Shown here: positions 37,901 through 49,900 of the stretch, piece after piece
How positions within the stretch are numbered: the first letter of the stretch is position 1
How the letters are laid out: each line of letters starts with the position of its first letter
Assembly: GCA_905178155.1 (NCBI GenBank)
Contig: CAJINV010000012.1
Span: 1,678,492-1,742,491 of the forward strand
Origin: Amoebophrya sp. A120
Lineage: Eukaryota; Protista; Dinoflagellata
Length of the DNA stretch: 64,000 nucleotides
Direction of reading: 5' to 3'
The notes under the pieces: generated by a model
Database searches by the model: none
The model's input: the letters and a program-made list of their open reading frames with translations, nothing else
What the model was told of the DNA's origin: nothing
Program-made: the position numbers and the translations under genes

Positions 37901-40900
37901 CTAATGCAAGTCTTCGTGACGAGCAGCGGGAAGGGGGTTTGTTCGCTTTCAGATCTTCAATTGCACTTCCTCTACAGCGACCGTGTCAGGTATTTTGTGT
38001 GAAACTTCTACCATTTTCATTCTCGACTCTCAGTTTGTCATGCTGATAAAAAGCACGTTTGGAGGGGATGTTCTTATTTGACCTGTCTTTTTTGACGCGT
38101 TGGAACACACAGTTTCTTGCATGTTCTTCCAAACTGAGACAGATCATTGTGATGGTAGAGGTTTCGCGCTGCATAGTCCCGGCTCCTCCTCCGCAAGACG
38201 CTGATCACCTGTCCTGGGTTGGCGCAGCAAATCAGGAGGTAACGGGCAACAACGTCACACATGAAGATCATGCACATGTTGAAGTGATCCTGCCCACAAC
38301 GAACACTACTGGCAGTGTTACCAACCAGGCGGTCGCCGGATGGACGGGACCAACAGGAGGAGCAACTGCTTTGAATAGCGACGAGAAAACCGTGGCTCAG
38401 AAGACGGAGAACGAGCGGGGCGGAGAAGAACGGGACGATGGGGGCGCTGATGAAGATGACCAGGACCCCCCTGCTCACCACGTTTCAGACCCTCTCTCGC
38501 AACGAGAAGATCACGTTGATTCACGACAAAGAATTACATCTACAGCTGCACCAACCGAGCATCGCGAGGAGGAGGTATCAGGAGAACCAAAGTCGGAAAC
38601 TACATCTGCTGGAACGATTTTCGCCAAACCCGTACCGAACTCTACCTCCAGTACAGCGAAAATCGACTTTGCCATAACAGAGGGATTGGAGCGTTGGGAT
38701 CGGGAAACGCGGAGCAATTTGGAGGAGTACAAGGAGAAGATGCACCAGCATCAAACCACAAGAACTTTCAGTACAACGGTAACCACGAGGACCACAAACA
38801 AGCACATTTTTAGTGATGTTCTGTCTAGTACGGCTGTTGATCGCCGGGATCCGTCTCCGTACCGGATATCAAAGGTTTCGAAGCACCATGACCCTACTTC
38901 CTCCTCACAGCAGGACGATGAACAAGCGATTTACTCCTTTCTGGAATTGAAAGGGGAGAACCACCAGCACCACAACCACCAGCAACTACTTGCCGGAACA
39001 GATGAAGACTTCATGGCGAACAAAAAGGAAGGTGTTGCTGCGCCGGGCACTCGCACTGCGAGCAGCAATTTTGTTGAAGACACAACGACATCAACTCGTC
39101 GTGCTGGCAATTCTGAATTTTTGGAGAAAAGCGAGGGAGAGATGTCGCCTACTCCTGCGTCCTCCTCCTCGTCAACGCCTGTCTCGTCGACGGTCGTTGA
39201 TTCGACAAAGCCAGCATCTACTTCCACCAGGAAGCCCGAATTCAACTCCCAATTGAGGACAGACGGTGCGAAAATTATTCCCGTCACGGGTAGTGACGGA
39301 GCTGCGGCCGCAACATCATCTTCGACACTGCTGGACCAGGACGAACAGTCAGCCGCACGACCACGTGGTGTGGCGGTTCAGGAAGAAAAACTGGTGGCTG
39401 GCGAACAAGAAGAATTTGATGACACGGCTGCGTTGATGTCCTCAGAAAGATCCGGGACCGCGACGGACGAGGAGAGGACCGGCGACAAAAAAGGAAGCTT
39501 CGACGAAGAGCAGAAGGCGGAACGCGAGGCGCCAGCGTCGTCGGCAGTATCGACGCGAAACGAGCTGGACTCGCACGAGGAAAAAACCAGAGAGGCCCCT
39601 GCTGCTGGTCCGCATGATCAACAAGCCCAAAATCCCCTGCAAGAACACACGACGGAATTCGGCTCCACTGCTGCGAATGCGGGTACCGAACACAACTATC
39701 CGAAGGACGTCGTCGAGCCAGCAGGAGCGGTCGCGGAACTACAAGTGACTTCGGAAGACGAGGAGTTCAAGTCCGCGACGCAACGGCAACAAGAACAGCA
39801 ATCCTCCTCCACTACAGGTCCGCTAACAGGGGATTTGCACCCGGGCAAAGACGACGAGGAAGGATTTTTCGAGCCAGATGCTGGGCTCCGGACGACGACC
39901 GACCTAGTCCCCGGTGATCTTACACCCGCGATGAACGAGGTTCACACGGAAGTTGTCAAGCGGGACTCGCAGGGCGGCCCGGAGGAAGAGAGTAGTACAG
40001 TCGCAAGTAAAACGACATCTTCGGGAAGTGCTAGCGGCACTCCACCTGGCGAAGAACAAGTAGAGGAGGGCCACCGCGACCAGGAACAACTACACGAGAC
40101 TGACGGTAGTTCTTACTTGCCTGTTGACCGTGCAGCTTCTGGGAAAAATCTTCACGCTGGGGACACACCAGGCGCAGTGGCAGAAGAGCGGAAAATTACC
40201 GCGATGAAAATACCGGAGAAGAGCACGGAGCAAAGTGAAAATGCCGCAAGAAGAGTCTCCAAAATGCGGGAGGCCACTGCGGTGCCAGGAGATGAAAACA
40301 CTGGCCCCGCGGCCAAGGTAACAGGAAATCCCAGTCGGAGTGCGTCACGGGGAAAGATGACTATTCCCACGAACGAAGATGATACCAACAATGTTGCAGG
40401 GATATCTGCAGCGGCAGGCGGTTCTACTGGCAGTGGCATGCATAATTATGGGGCTACTTCTGCGGTGGAGACGAAGAAATCGCTTTCGGTTAAACCACCC
40501 ATCCCGAGGAGCCCAGCTTCTCACTTTCGGAACTTAGGAAGGCTCATACCGCCGGCTCTTCGGGCCTCCGGCAATGGTTACGTCTCGTTGGATGGAGGTA
40601 GCGAAACCGCAGAATCGGGCCCTGCCCGTGGAACAGCCACCTCTGCCGCAGCTGCAGTTGGGTTCCTCGGCTCCGCTTGGAGAATGGGCGCACGAGCTGC
40701 TGCGCGTGCGCTTCCAGGACGCGCACTAGCGGCACCTCGCCGCGGCGCGGGCCGGACTGTTGCCCCGACGGGAGGCGGGGGTGGTCCAGGGGATCGTGGT
40801 GGACCACCGGACGCAGTCGCAGAAGGAGATGACGATGAGGAAACCGAAATATCGGCCGAGATGTTCATCCCCCTCTTGGCGTACATTCAAACGGCGCTTG

Positions 40901-43900
40901 ATACTGTCAAGATGCAACTCGATCACAGCTTGCAAGAAGAAGGTGATAACGCGGATTGGCAAGAAAAAAAAGTAGGTGATGCCGCTATGGCCTGCTCAGC
41001 TGAAAAAATCTCAACTTGAACAAAGAAGCAAAGCCCAAATTTCATAGCGGAAGAACAAACCTTTTTTCGTTAATATGGAAATGGATTTGATGTCATGCCA
41101 AACACCAAGAAGAACAATGTTGAAACTAGAAAGGCAGATCGTTCACATTTTGCATCGCCAATTGGCCCAGTTGAGATTGCTGCAGCTGAGATGGGCATAC
41201 ACACGAGGGCCGAAGGCAAAGACGGGACGTCAAAGCGCGTGGACCTAGAACGCAAATCAAAGTCCATTTCTACCGACGAGTCTATCAAGTGCAAATATGT
41301 CTTTGAGTTGCAGCATACATCGCGGTGCAGGAGTGCCTAAATTTGAGCTTGCTTTCGCAGATATTAGGAAGCACTGATAATTTTGATCGCTATTGCGCAG
41401 GGCTGCAGGAGCAGGAGGTGGAGGTCTGGACATACTAATGCATGCCAAAGCATTTTTGCACATAGTCTAGCTCTAGTTTACGTTTTGGTTCCGCAACTGC
41501 CTCTGTATATTAATGCCAAAGCACTCAAATGTATGGCGAGTAGTTGCTTCTTCACATGACCAAAAAACAAATCGGACAAACTTCGCTGCCAAAGCCAGGG
41601 AAAAGCACACTCATTTTTACATTGTCCAGCAAACAGAGCATCACAAATTATCTGGATCTAGCTTTACTTCCTGGCGCGTCCCAGAAATATTTGCAAAACA
41701 TAGTCTCAACCTGCCGGGAGTTGGCATTCGAGTTTGAAACAACTCGAGACTCGTCCAAGTCCCCTACAGAGTGGCCGACGAATCGCGCCGAGTTTTCTGC
41801 GAAAGGAGTGGCGAATATTGACGCAGCAATTCGCGTAGAGACGATTTACATGTTCGCGAAAGACTTCGTGAAACCCATTGCGTATCACACAAACACGCGT
41901 TCCTGCGTCGCCTGCCTCTCTGGAGAATGTTCGGACACGTGGCATACTAGTACGATATATTTACAAGTGATGATGATGCAGAATAAATGATGGTTGTGAA
42001 GATATAACACGTGTCCGAACATTCTCACGAGTGAAACACTAAGCATTCTGATCGGCGAACATGCATGTGGTCGATGAAACTCCACAAGAACTAAATATGC
42101 ATACCTGGTCAGGGCTTTACTCGTCGCCTACCGGATAAATAACAGAAACGACTACATAGAAGCTAAATATAAATATGTGGAGCTTACCTATGGCCTCGAA
42201 AACCTAGAACAGGATCAAACTACTCCATCAAAGTTGGTAGGTACAGAGATAGACCACGACGACGCAGGACGATGAAAATTCAGACATCAGCAGAGTGGCA
42301 GAGACTTGTTTTTGCATATCCTCAAAAGCGTGGACGCTCTCATCAATCGCCTACATGAGACGGAAGTACCTCTGTGGCAACGGTTAACCCAGGTCGGAAC
42401 CGCGTCAGCTGTACTTGCTGGCGGCGCCGCAGCCGTAGCGTCCGGTCCGGTTGGCTCCTTACATGCGCTTGCGGTTGGCTTGAGAATCATCGTGGGTGGT
42501 GCGGTCGCAGAAGTTGTGACAACCAAAGCGATGAAAAAACCCAGCCTCTTGAAGCCCCTCGCCGATATCTTTCGAAAAGAAGCGGGATACCTGACAGGCA
42601 AGGAGGCGCTCAGGAAGGCCCGCACAAAAAGTATCCCGCCCCGGAGGCGCTTTCGCACTGCTGAGCAACTCCGTGCGAGGATGAACTACAGCGGTAAAGA
42701 GGACACCACGGACCTGCCGGAGTTTTTCGTCAAAGTCCTCGTTCTGCCGTACGTCGGAAAGGTGGTCAAATTGTTTCTCGAGGGCGGTGTTGGTCTCAAG
42801 AGTATTGGTCTCCTACTCCTCCCACAACCGGACATGAAAGACGCGAGCGGCAACTCCATCAGTGCGCTAGCGATGCGTGTCTTTACGCACCACGACGGAA
42901 AAAAAGAGAGCCAACCATTCTTGGAGCTCCTGTTTCAGAGCACGAAGTCTGAAGTGTTGGAAGTGGCTCTGGATAAAGTCGTAGTGGATCCTATAGTGTC
43001 CGCTGGCCTCCCGTGGTTTCTTTGGGGCATGTGGGACAGCTTTGCAGTTCTTCTCTCCGCGGACGAGAGAGGGAAAGAACGACCCGCCGAACAAGAACAG
43101 CAAAAACACGTGACGTACCCTCCCAACCCTGTGCTAAAGCCGGAAGCTTTTCCGACAGAAATCCAAATCCCGATCTTGCAGAAGATACTGAAGGTCAAGA
43201 TTCCATCAATTGTTCCAATCGCGAAGACGATAGTCCGAGCGGTGTTGCGAGTGACGCTCCGCACATTGGATCCGCTCTCGCAGGAAGAAAGCCTGGGAGT
43301 CGACATCGACAAAAACTTCATTCCGACACCAGCAGCGAAAGAAGCAGCACAACTCTTCGCGGTTTCTGCCACGGAGCAGCAAAAAGTAAGACTAGATCCA
43401 GAGTGGGCGGCAGCTAATCTCGCGCCCCCCGCGACCGTAAATGCTTTCCAGAACTTTCTTCCTGGGGAGGAGTATGACTTGGGCCCGGATGAAGATAACG
43501 TCCTGTCCGTCCCTTCTCCTTCTGGAAGTAGCTCCAGTTCCTCCCCGGGCGACGGCGACGGGACATCGACTCCAAGGACAGCAGTTGCGTCTCCGCCTGG
43601 TCCAATGCTGGCTGCTCTACTACGGGCTCCCCCTCGTCTGACAGCAAATCAACCATCAGGCGACGCGGCAGTTGGAGAATTTGTGAAAAAGCAAAATGAG
43701 ATTCGCAGCAGAGTATGGGGCCTGGCTCGGAAAGAGTTCCAAGCGAAAGAGTTCCAAGCGAAGATAGAAGGAGCAGCTTCTTCCGCAACGCAGCTAGCGT
43801 GGTCCCCTACTGTTACGAAAGGAAAAGTGGCGCCGACTGCGACGCCTGCGTTGAATGTGAAAGACACCACCACGGGCACTGGCCAACAGAAGAATGCGCG

Positions 43901-45521
43901 GGACCAGGTCCAGGGCCCTGCTTACGGCGAGGACGATCTTCCTTGTGATTCGCACGCGGCGAGCGGCGGAGGAAGCGCAGGAGCTACTAGTGCCACCACT
44001 TCTGCGATTGTAGGAGGAGAAACAGGGGGTAGCAATCTCGACGCACGCACTTCGGGCATCGCGTCGGGCGTCACGGGAGTGGGCGAAAACATTTACGCCG
44101 GGAAAGCTTTTACCTTCTTTAGCCATGCCCCTCATAGAAGTAACAGCAGCCGGACGCCCTTCACACGCATGATCTTGATTTCAAGTTGTCGCATCGCTTG
44201 CATGGGTCTTATGAGCATACCTGCATCTGCTTTTTGAAAAGTCAACTATCCGACAGCTGTTAAGGCTAGGTATGCTACTATATACATAGTTACTTCTACA
44301 GCTGCAGTTATTTTCGCTTCAATTTCATCTGTACCACCGAAACCGATGTTTTGTTTTTGTCTACGTCTTCTCCCTAATAAACAGACTGTCTGTTGTTCTT
44401 GCTTTGTGTTGCTGCTGCCGCGGATGAACATGGGCATGCCTGATGATGGTTTTGCACAGGATAAAGCGCTTTTTCTCGACTCGCCTCCACGCAAGACATC
44501 GGGATCACGGACAAGTAGTGCGCAAGGACAACCAGCCGCAAGAGCAGCGCCAGCGTCTGCAGTGGCAAGGAATTCTGTTGGAGGACATGATGAGGGACTG
44601 AGCGTGACACTGGTGCAGGGTAAGGAGGTGAACGGAGGCGATGACAACGTCAACTTTTTGGAGCCACCAAGCGCGAGCGCCGGTAGCGGCGAGGACGCGA
44701 ACATGCTGGCCGCGCAAGCTTCTTCGACGGCGCTGAGCAGTGGCAGTAGCGGTACACCGAAGGTTAAAGAAGAAGTCGAGGCGCAGCGGCGCGAGACGCA
44801 CGAAGTGGCACAACCACTAGTGAAAAACGTTGACCACAACCAGAACAAGAATGTCAAGACCGCAAGGACGCCGACTGGAATTCCACACGGTGACGTGCAT
44901 GCGCCGATCGCCCCGCACGACGACCGGAGCGCCGCTTTTCCAAGTACTGGCGACGACGGAGGAAATTCGGTTTTGCAGAACAAGCAAGAGATGATGCTGA
45001 TCAAAGACACCAGCATGATCGGGAACTACCCTGAACAAGATAGCAAAAGGATGAGCACCGAAATGGCCACTGCACTACCAACAACGCCTTCTCCCTCCAG
45101 CCCTAGCACCGACGACAGCAGCAAAAACGTCGACGCCGCGGACCCCTCAGCGACCGGAGGAGGAGACCAAGAACCCCCCGTCGCCAACCGGGCTGCGACG
45201 ATCACAAGCAAAAACCGCGCTGACCTCCGCGTCGCTGGACAGGAGCAAAAGGACAGGGAACAGGAAAAAGAAATGTCGCAGCTCGTTTCATTCGTCCCGT
45301 CTGGTCAGGGGGAACAAGAGCATGTGTTGTACCAGGAAAACTACGGGGAGAGTACAACTGGTCATGAAAACTACCACCGTGGCTCGTCCAAGACGGAGGC
45401 GGTGAAGATCACCTCCGCGGCACGGCAGCCCGAAGGCGCGGAGGTGCAGATGCAGTACAAGAGCCCTGGCCACGAAAACGAACGTGACACGACTGGAGAA
45501 CAAGAAGATCACGGTCAGTGA
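16902..45521 (+). CDS. Paralog B of the 8352-15804 gene, first exon split by a 19.5-kb nested TE stack
   Basis: MDNYSRPLPVTSAQ (16902) matches paralog A MDKDNKRPLPVTPAQ; the frame continues at 36447 (TSRATL..WWSRKSHIVKNTKTAR). Downstream ORFs 37174-37708, 38059-41019, 42306-44237 and 44346-45521 are open. Confidence 0.7.
17161..17549. other. Assembly gap (N run)
   Basis: 389 N within the repetitive left arm. Confidence 0.99.
17550..17948 (+). repeat. 351-bp tandem unit, left arm of foldback element
   Basis: TGTTCTGGGCGGGTTTGTTCGCCCA at 17550 and 17901. Confidence 0.9.
20229..23453 (-). CDS. Multi-exon orphan cargo protein carried by the giant transposon
   Basis: GC-rich coding blocks separated by short AT-rich GT-AG introns: MAQRRNAAAQ.., VDANHIAAL.., SRVQYLSKL.., GRYASLTDE.., CFAQARPF.., MLRLSAVEE.., LHTLPELMR.., DYLTRLINW.., MYNEAVGAY..DDEE*. 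No recognisable domain; assembly into a single gene is inferred. Confidence 0.65.
25080..27497 (-). CDS. Probable C-terminal exons of the transposase, including an HMG-box-like segment
   Basis: ORFs 26785-27531, 26251-26763 and 25084-26232 separated by short introns; PPPKRAYACNRAIDQKR..KWDPNNKDEKAKYILMAARMDK resembles an HMG box. Confidence 0.55.
27700..30904 (-). pseudogene. hAT-superfamily DDE transposase core (disrupted)
   Basis: Ordered motifs EIDGTT (~30665), VTDSGG (~30340), RCKVH = CxxH (~30240), PVWTRW (~29760), SSKNCER (after removing MITE 27787-28802). Frameshift near 30480. Confidence 0.8.
27787..28802. mobile_element. MITE 1 (TCAGG...CCTGA)
   Basis: 22-bp TIR TCAGGCAGACAGGTCCGGGCGA (2 mismatches); TSD AGTTTT; central palindrome 28282-28340; CTAA/TTAG arrays. 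Confidence 0.85.
31160..32220. mobile_element. MITE 2 (TCAGG...CCTGA)
   Basis: 24-bp TIR TCAGGCGGACGGCCCGGGGCGGGG (1 mismatch); TSD CGATCT; 12-bp GCTAAGTATCCG-type arrays in inverted blocks. Confidence 0.85.
33040..33597 (-). promoter_or_regulatory. Three ~240-bp-spaced tRNA-derived A/B-box (Pol III type 2) units
   Basis: Minus-strand A boxes TGGCC(G/C)A(G/A)CGGT(T/A)AAGGC at 33093-33110, 33332-33349 and 33573-33590; B boxes GGTTCGA(T/A)TCCC at 33275-33287 and 33517-33529. Confidence 0.65.
33841..36100. repeat. 351-bp units (direct to ~34330, inverted from ~34930) of the foldback element
   Basis: Unit recurs at 33841 and 34192; reverse-complement copies at ~34930-35950 decay outward; 34330-34440 is an IR of 34830-34935. 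Confidence 0.85.
36748..37168. mobile_element. Introner family A2 with nested ~150-bp insert
   Basis: TATGCATTGCAAATATGTCCGGGTCTGGAAG TIR; DR TTCCA/TTCCG. Confidence 0.85.
36973..37124 (+). mobile_element. Short retroposon-like insert with (CCAA)n tail
   Basis: Not in sister copies (e.g. 58031-58295); flanked by CAAACCT duplication; ends (CCAA)3. Confidence 0.55.
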
Positions 45522-46945
45522 GGATCAACGAAAACATAAAGAAAGGACGGATTTCAGAAACAAATTTTTCAATTGTTGAGCGACGTATTACACGTTGCAA
45601 AACTAGTAAGTACTTAAATGGAAAAAGGACGTGTAGTTGTAGTTCCTTCCCAAGAAAAACCACAGTGAGGTTCTTCCTATCCACATCAATCCACTTCTGA
45701 TGAAGAACTCCGCGGAGAACGACCATGTACCAACCAGAAAAACCAGAACTAAAAGTAGAACTACCCTGCTCTGCCTGAAAGGTGGATAGCTTGTACTGCA
45801 TGATGTACGATTACCCGACCCTGTACCAACTTCAACCTCTGACCTCGACTTCGAGAATGAAGCTTACCCATTTTTAGAACATAAAAGAACGCGCATCAGG
45901 TGCGGACGCGTTATACGACTGAATTGAACTTGAAGTTCTTGTAGAAAAAGTACCGTTGTCTTGAAATTGATGATTTTTTCAGATTGCATATGCATAAAAT
46001 GTACCAACAGCAACAAATTCAAATTCGAAGAATGCGTCGTGTATAGTTAAAATTGATGATGAAAGTAGAGGACGATTTCGATGTATGAACCCTGCCCGCT
46101 GTTTCCGTTTCCCAATCAATGTACCAAAACGAACTTCTAGCAAACACAAAGCTGAGCTCGTCTATTTACATACTTGTATTGAACTCCTCAAAGCAAGACA
46201 GAAAGAGATAGAGCTACAAAATCCAAAAAAGGCGCGGCTTCCTGTCGTCCAAAGGAGAGGCTGCTGAGGAAGCGCAGCCGCTAGTACTTATGGCAAAATT
46301 TACAAATTGACGCGTTGATTTGAAATTGCGCTGCACTCGTCTATCTTGTAAAAACTGTAACTGTTATTTTGAACTTGTACTTGATAAAAAACAAAATGAT
46401 AGTTGAGGCCTGTTTTGCGTGGTGGGTGATACCCTCGTTTTATTTTTGTCCTCACATCACGATCACCGCCACTCGTGTTCGAAATTCAACTTTTTTATGG
46501 GAAGTCCCACGTCGATCCAAATGTTTTGGGTCCTGTATTTTTGCGGCGATTTTCCGCCTCTTAGGAAGTTAGTGCAGGCTTCATTGAACAAAAGCGAAGC
46601 ACAAGCAAAAGCATAGTAAGTAGCCTTTTCTTTTTGCAGCGTGGCCGTACTTCTATCAGTAGGGCGCACCCGCGCTTGCGTGATCAGTTCGTCGAGTTCT
46701 CGTGAGAAGATGCGAAAATCAATGTCGCCGAGCCTTTGATTTTTATGCATCTGCAGCTTTTACTAGTAGACCGCTCTTCTTCTTTTCCCTGAAACGACAG
46801 TCCACTCTTGAGATTAGTGCGTCATTGCATCTCCGGTTTTACATTTAGGCTGATATTTATAAAATGCCTTCAAAACGACCGCCTGCGGCAGATTGTAGTA
46901 GACGCTAGCCCGGTGACGCCGGTGGAAGCTCGCTGAAAAAAGAGC

Positions 46946-49900
46946 ATGTCTCGCTTGTGCAGCTCCAACCCCGTTCTAGCATCATCTGCTTCTGATCTAG
47001 AAGCTGGAACCTCCGCAGATGATGGAGTTCTTGCTGGCCGAGTAGGTGTACAGCAACCACGGCGGGAAAAATATCAAGAGCCCGCTGGAGCTGCTCACTG
47101 CGGTTCGGCAGCCTCGTCTGCGACGCCCGATGAGGTAGATTTCGATGCACCAAGCTCTTCTAGTCGTGATGAACGAACAAGTGGAGGAAGAAAGAGTAGG
47201 CCGCGTATACTGACCACTCGTGGAAGACGTCGGGGCAAAAACGGCAAAGTACTAAAGGCTTCGTCCGAAGGTACGATGTCATTGACCACCAGGAAGATGA
47301 AGAGGAAGTGGAAAATAAGAATAACCAGCACACCAGGAACCACTACACGGCGTGGCACAACTACTAGACCCTTCTTTATCTCAAAGCCTACCCACGACCT
47401 GGCACGCTGTCTGCTTTCCTCCCTGTCCCTCCTACCGGTTTTTCTTTTCTCCACGACGATATTTTCATCCCTGTTCGCTGATGGCCGGCTTGGGAGAAGG
47501 AGGAAAGTGCTTCCAGGTGCGAGATCTAGTACTGCAACTTCTTCGCAGGATGAAATAAGGACAAGAACCGCTGTTCTTGATGCGGCGGCAGCCACAATTC
47601 CTGCGCCACATGAAGATGGTCGTCGCGCAGGCCAACATCCCTCCGGAGAAGATGCACAGCGATCAGCACAGGTTTTGAGTAGCTACTTGCACGACAACGT
47701 AGCTAAAGTAGACCCTGCGTCATTAACTACAGCAACTCCACCAGGCCAAGGCGAGCGTTTGCCGTTGTCCGAAGATTTTTCTTCGACGTCCAGTATAAAG
47801 CTTCACAGCGCGCCGTGGTCGTCTCCTCAGCCGGCAAGAACTTCAACTCCCCTCAGCGACGACTTCGAAACTTTGAGTACCATTGCACCTTCCAGCACAC
47901 AGAGTACCCCCATCGCGCGACAAGTAGCGCCAAGGATTGTAGGACTGGCAGGAAGTTCAAGTTCCTTTTCGACGTCTACCTCCGGGACGACTTCAGCCTT
48001 GTTTTCCGGATTTCCTTCATCTTCGGCCAGAAATGGCGTTGCTTCATCCTCCACCTCGCCAAGCTACGAATTTTTACCGGGTTCTTTCGGCACACCAACC
48101 CCATCACGCAGCCGAAGCGCCACGGAGGGTAGTGAAGGGCAACCGGGACGATTTGGTGTTGAGCACGAGGACGTACTCGACCAAAAGGGACAAGAATTAT
48201 TTCATCACCTTTGGTCAGATACTAGTCCGGAGGAGGGAGATGAGGAAGTGGGGAGCTGCGACGGGGATGAACAGCAGGAAAGCAGTCGAAAGAGGAGAAG
48301 TACTACCACCGACGCTGCGTTTCGTTCGGCACTCGACAGTACAGTAGTGATCCCGTCCGCGGCTGCGGAGAGAGTCAGCAGACGCGCTTTTCCCGGTCGG
48401 GGACAACAACATCCGCAAGGAATAAGCGCTCTGGCTTTTGAGCACGACAAGGAGGATCTTGGAGCAGAAATAAAGCCGGAGATAGGGTTGCCGGAACGAG
48501 ACTCAACATTCTCATCTGCGGCTTCATCGTCCCACAAGGACCAGCAACGGGTACCAGCACAACTACTCCCACCGGCGCTTCTTCCGTCTTACACCGTCGC
48601 TCGCTCAAGAGCCTTTTTCCCCTGGGGCCGGCGCACGATAGGGACCACGAGTGATGATTTCTTTTCAACAAGACGGACCTCATCTTCGACGTCCAGAAGT
48701 GGGGTGAATTATGCGGAAGGTGAAGCTGTTGTACACCATCAAGACGAGGAGGACCAGGAGAACACCACTAGTTTCAGTTCGACGCAGCCAGAGGACCTAC
48801 ATAGACACGACGATGACCAGACGAATGTGTTAAGGCGACGAAGAAGAAACACTGATGTTGTAAACGAAGAGCAAATCACGAATCGCATCACCGGCTGTAC
48901 TGCACTAGATAGGGATGGTGCGGACACATCTTCTAATGGTCCTGTGTTGGCCCCCGCTGTACCAGTTTCAGCTCGTGGACAACGGCGTAGTAAAACTAAT
49001 TCGTCCCTGTTTTCCTTGGAGCAGTCTACTTCCAAGCAGGAGCTGCAGCTGCAGAACATGACGGATTTTATTTCCATTGGGAACCTCGTGCAGAACCCAA
49101 GTCACCCTTTTCGCCTGTTTCCCAGCTTGTTCCTCTCCAATGTGGCCGCGGCTGGTGCTGCTAGCAGTGGCAGTGCTGCTAGAAGTGCAGCAGCTTCGTC
49201 GTCCAGTCCAAGAGCAGATCAAAAGGACCCGCCAAGTGCAAGTTCTGCTGCTCTTGCTGAAGCTGGTACGAGTTCATCTAGGTGCATCACAACAGAGGAA
49301 CGGTCGAAGCCGAGTTATACCTGTGATCGCACTAAGGAGCGTGCTACAGCCGCAGCTTGCGGTTCACCTTCAACTACAGTAGACGAGGATGTGATTTTCT
49401 ACGACGCAGTGACAGAACCAGATGATGCTGCGGACGCCGTAGACTCTTTAGAAGTACCACATGCTGTGTCACTACCAACTACTAGCGCGAGTGTTGGGAC
49501 GAGGACCACCACTGACACAGGCAGCGAGAGGACGCAGCGAGAAGAATTAGGTGGAGAATCTTCGGAAGAACTAGACAGGCGACGACAGTTACAAGAAGAA
49601 GTAGATGAAAAACTTTCCTCATCTCCTGGTGAAGATATTATCAATTCGGAGGCCGTCTTCTTCAATGACGAGCGAACGGATCTCTCTCAGTCTCCCCTTC
49701 CCAGCTCAAAATCGTCCAGCAACAGTTTGTATGAGGAGTTGGATTGTGAGCTGCAATATGAACTGCAAAAGTATCGTACTCGTATAAATGCATTACAAAT
49801 TTCCTCAGCATGAGGAATAAGATTTGCAATGCGGATTTGCCTTAAGAAGAAGATTTTTGATGCAAGACTTGCATTTATACGAAGGAATGCGATACTTTTG

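Noticed and set aside
41283-41464. Additional family A2 introner
   Set aside because: Left end TATCAAGTGCAAATATGTC fits, but the right TIR and 5-bp DR are not convincing; possibly an old remnant, not counted.
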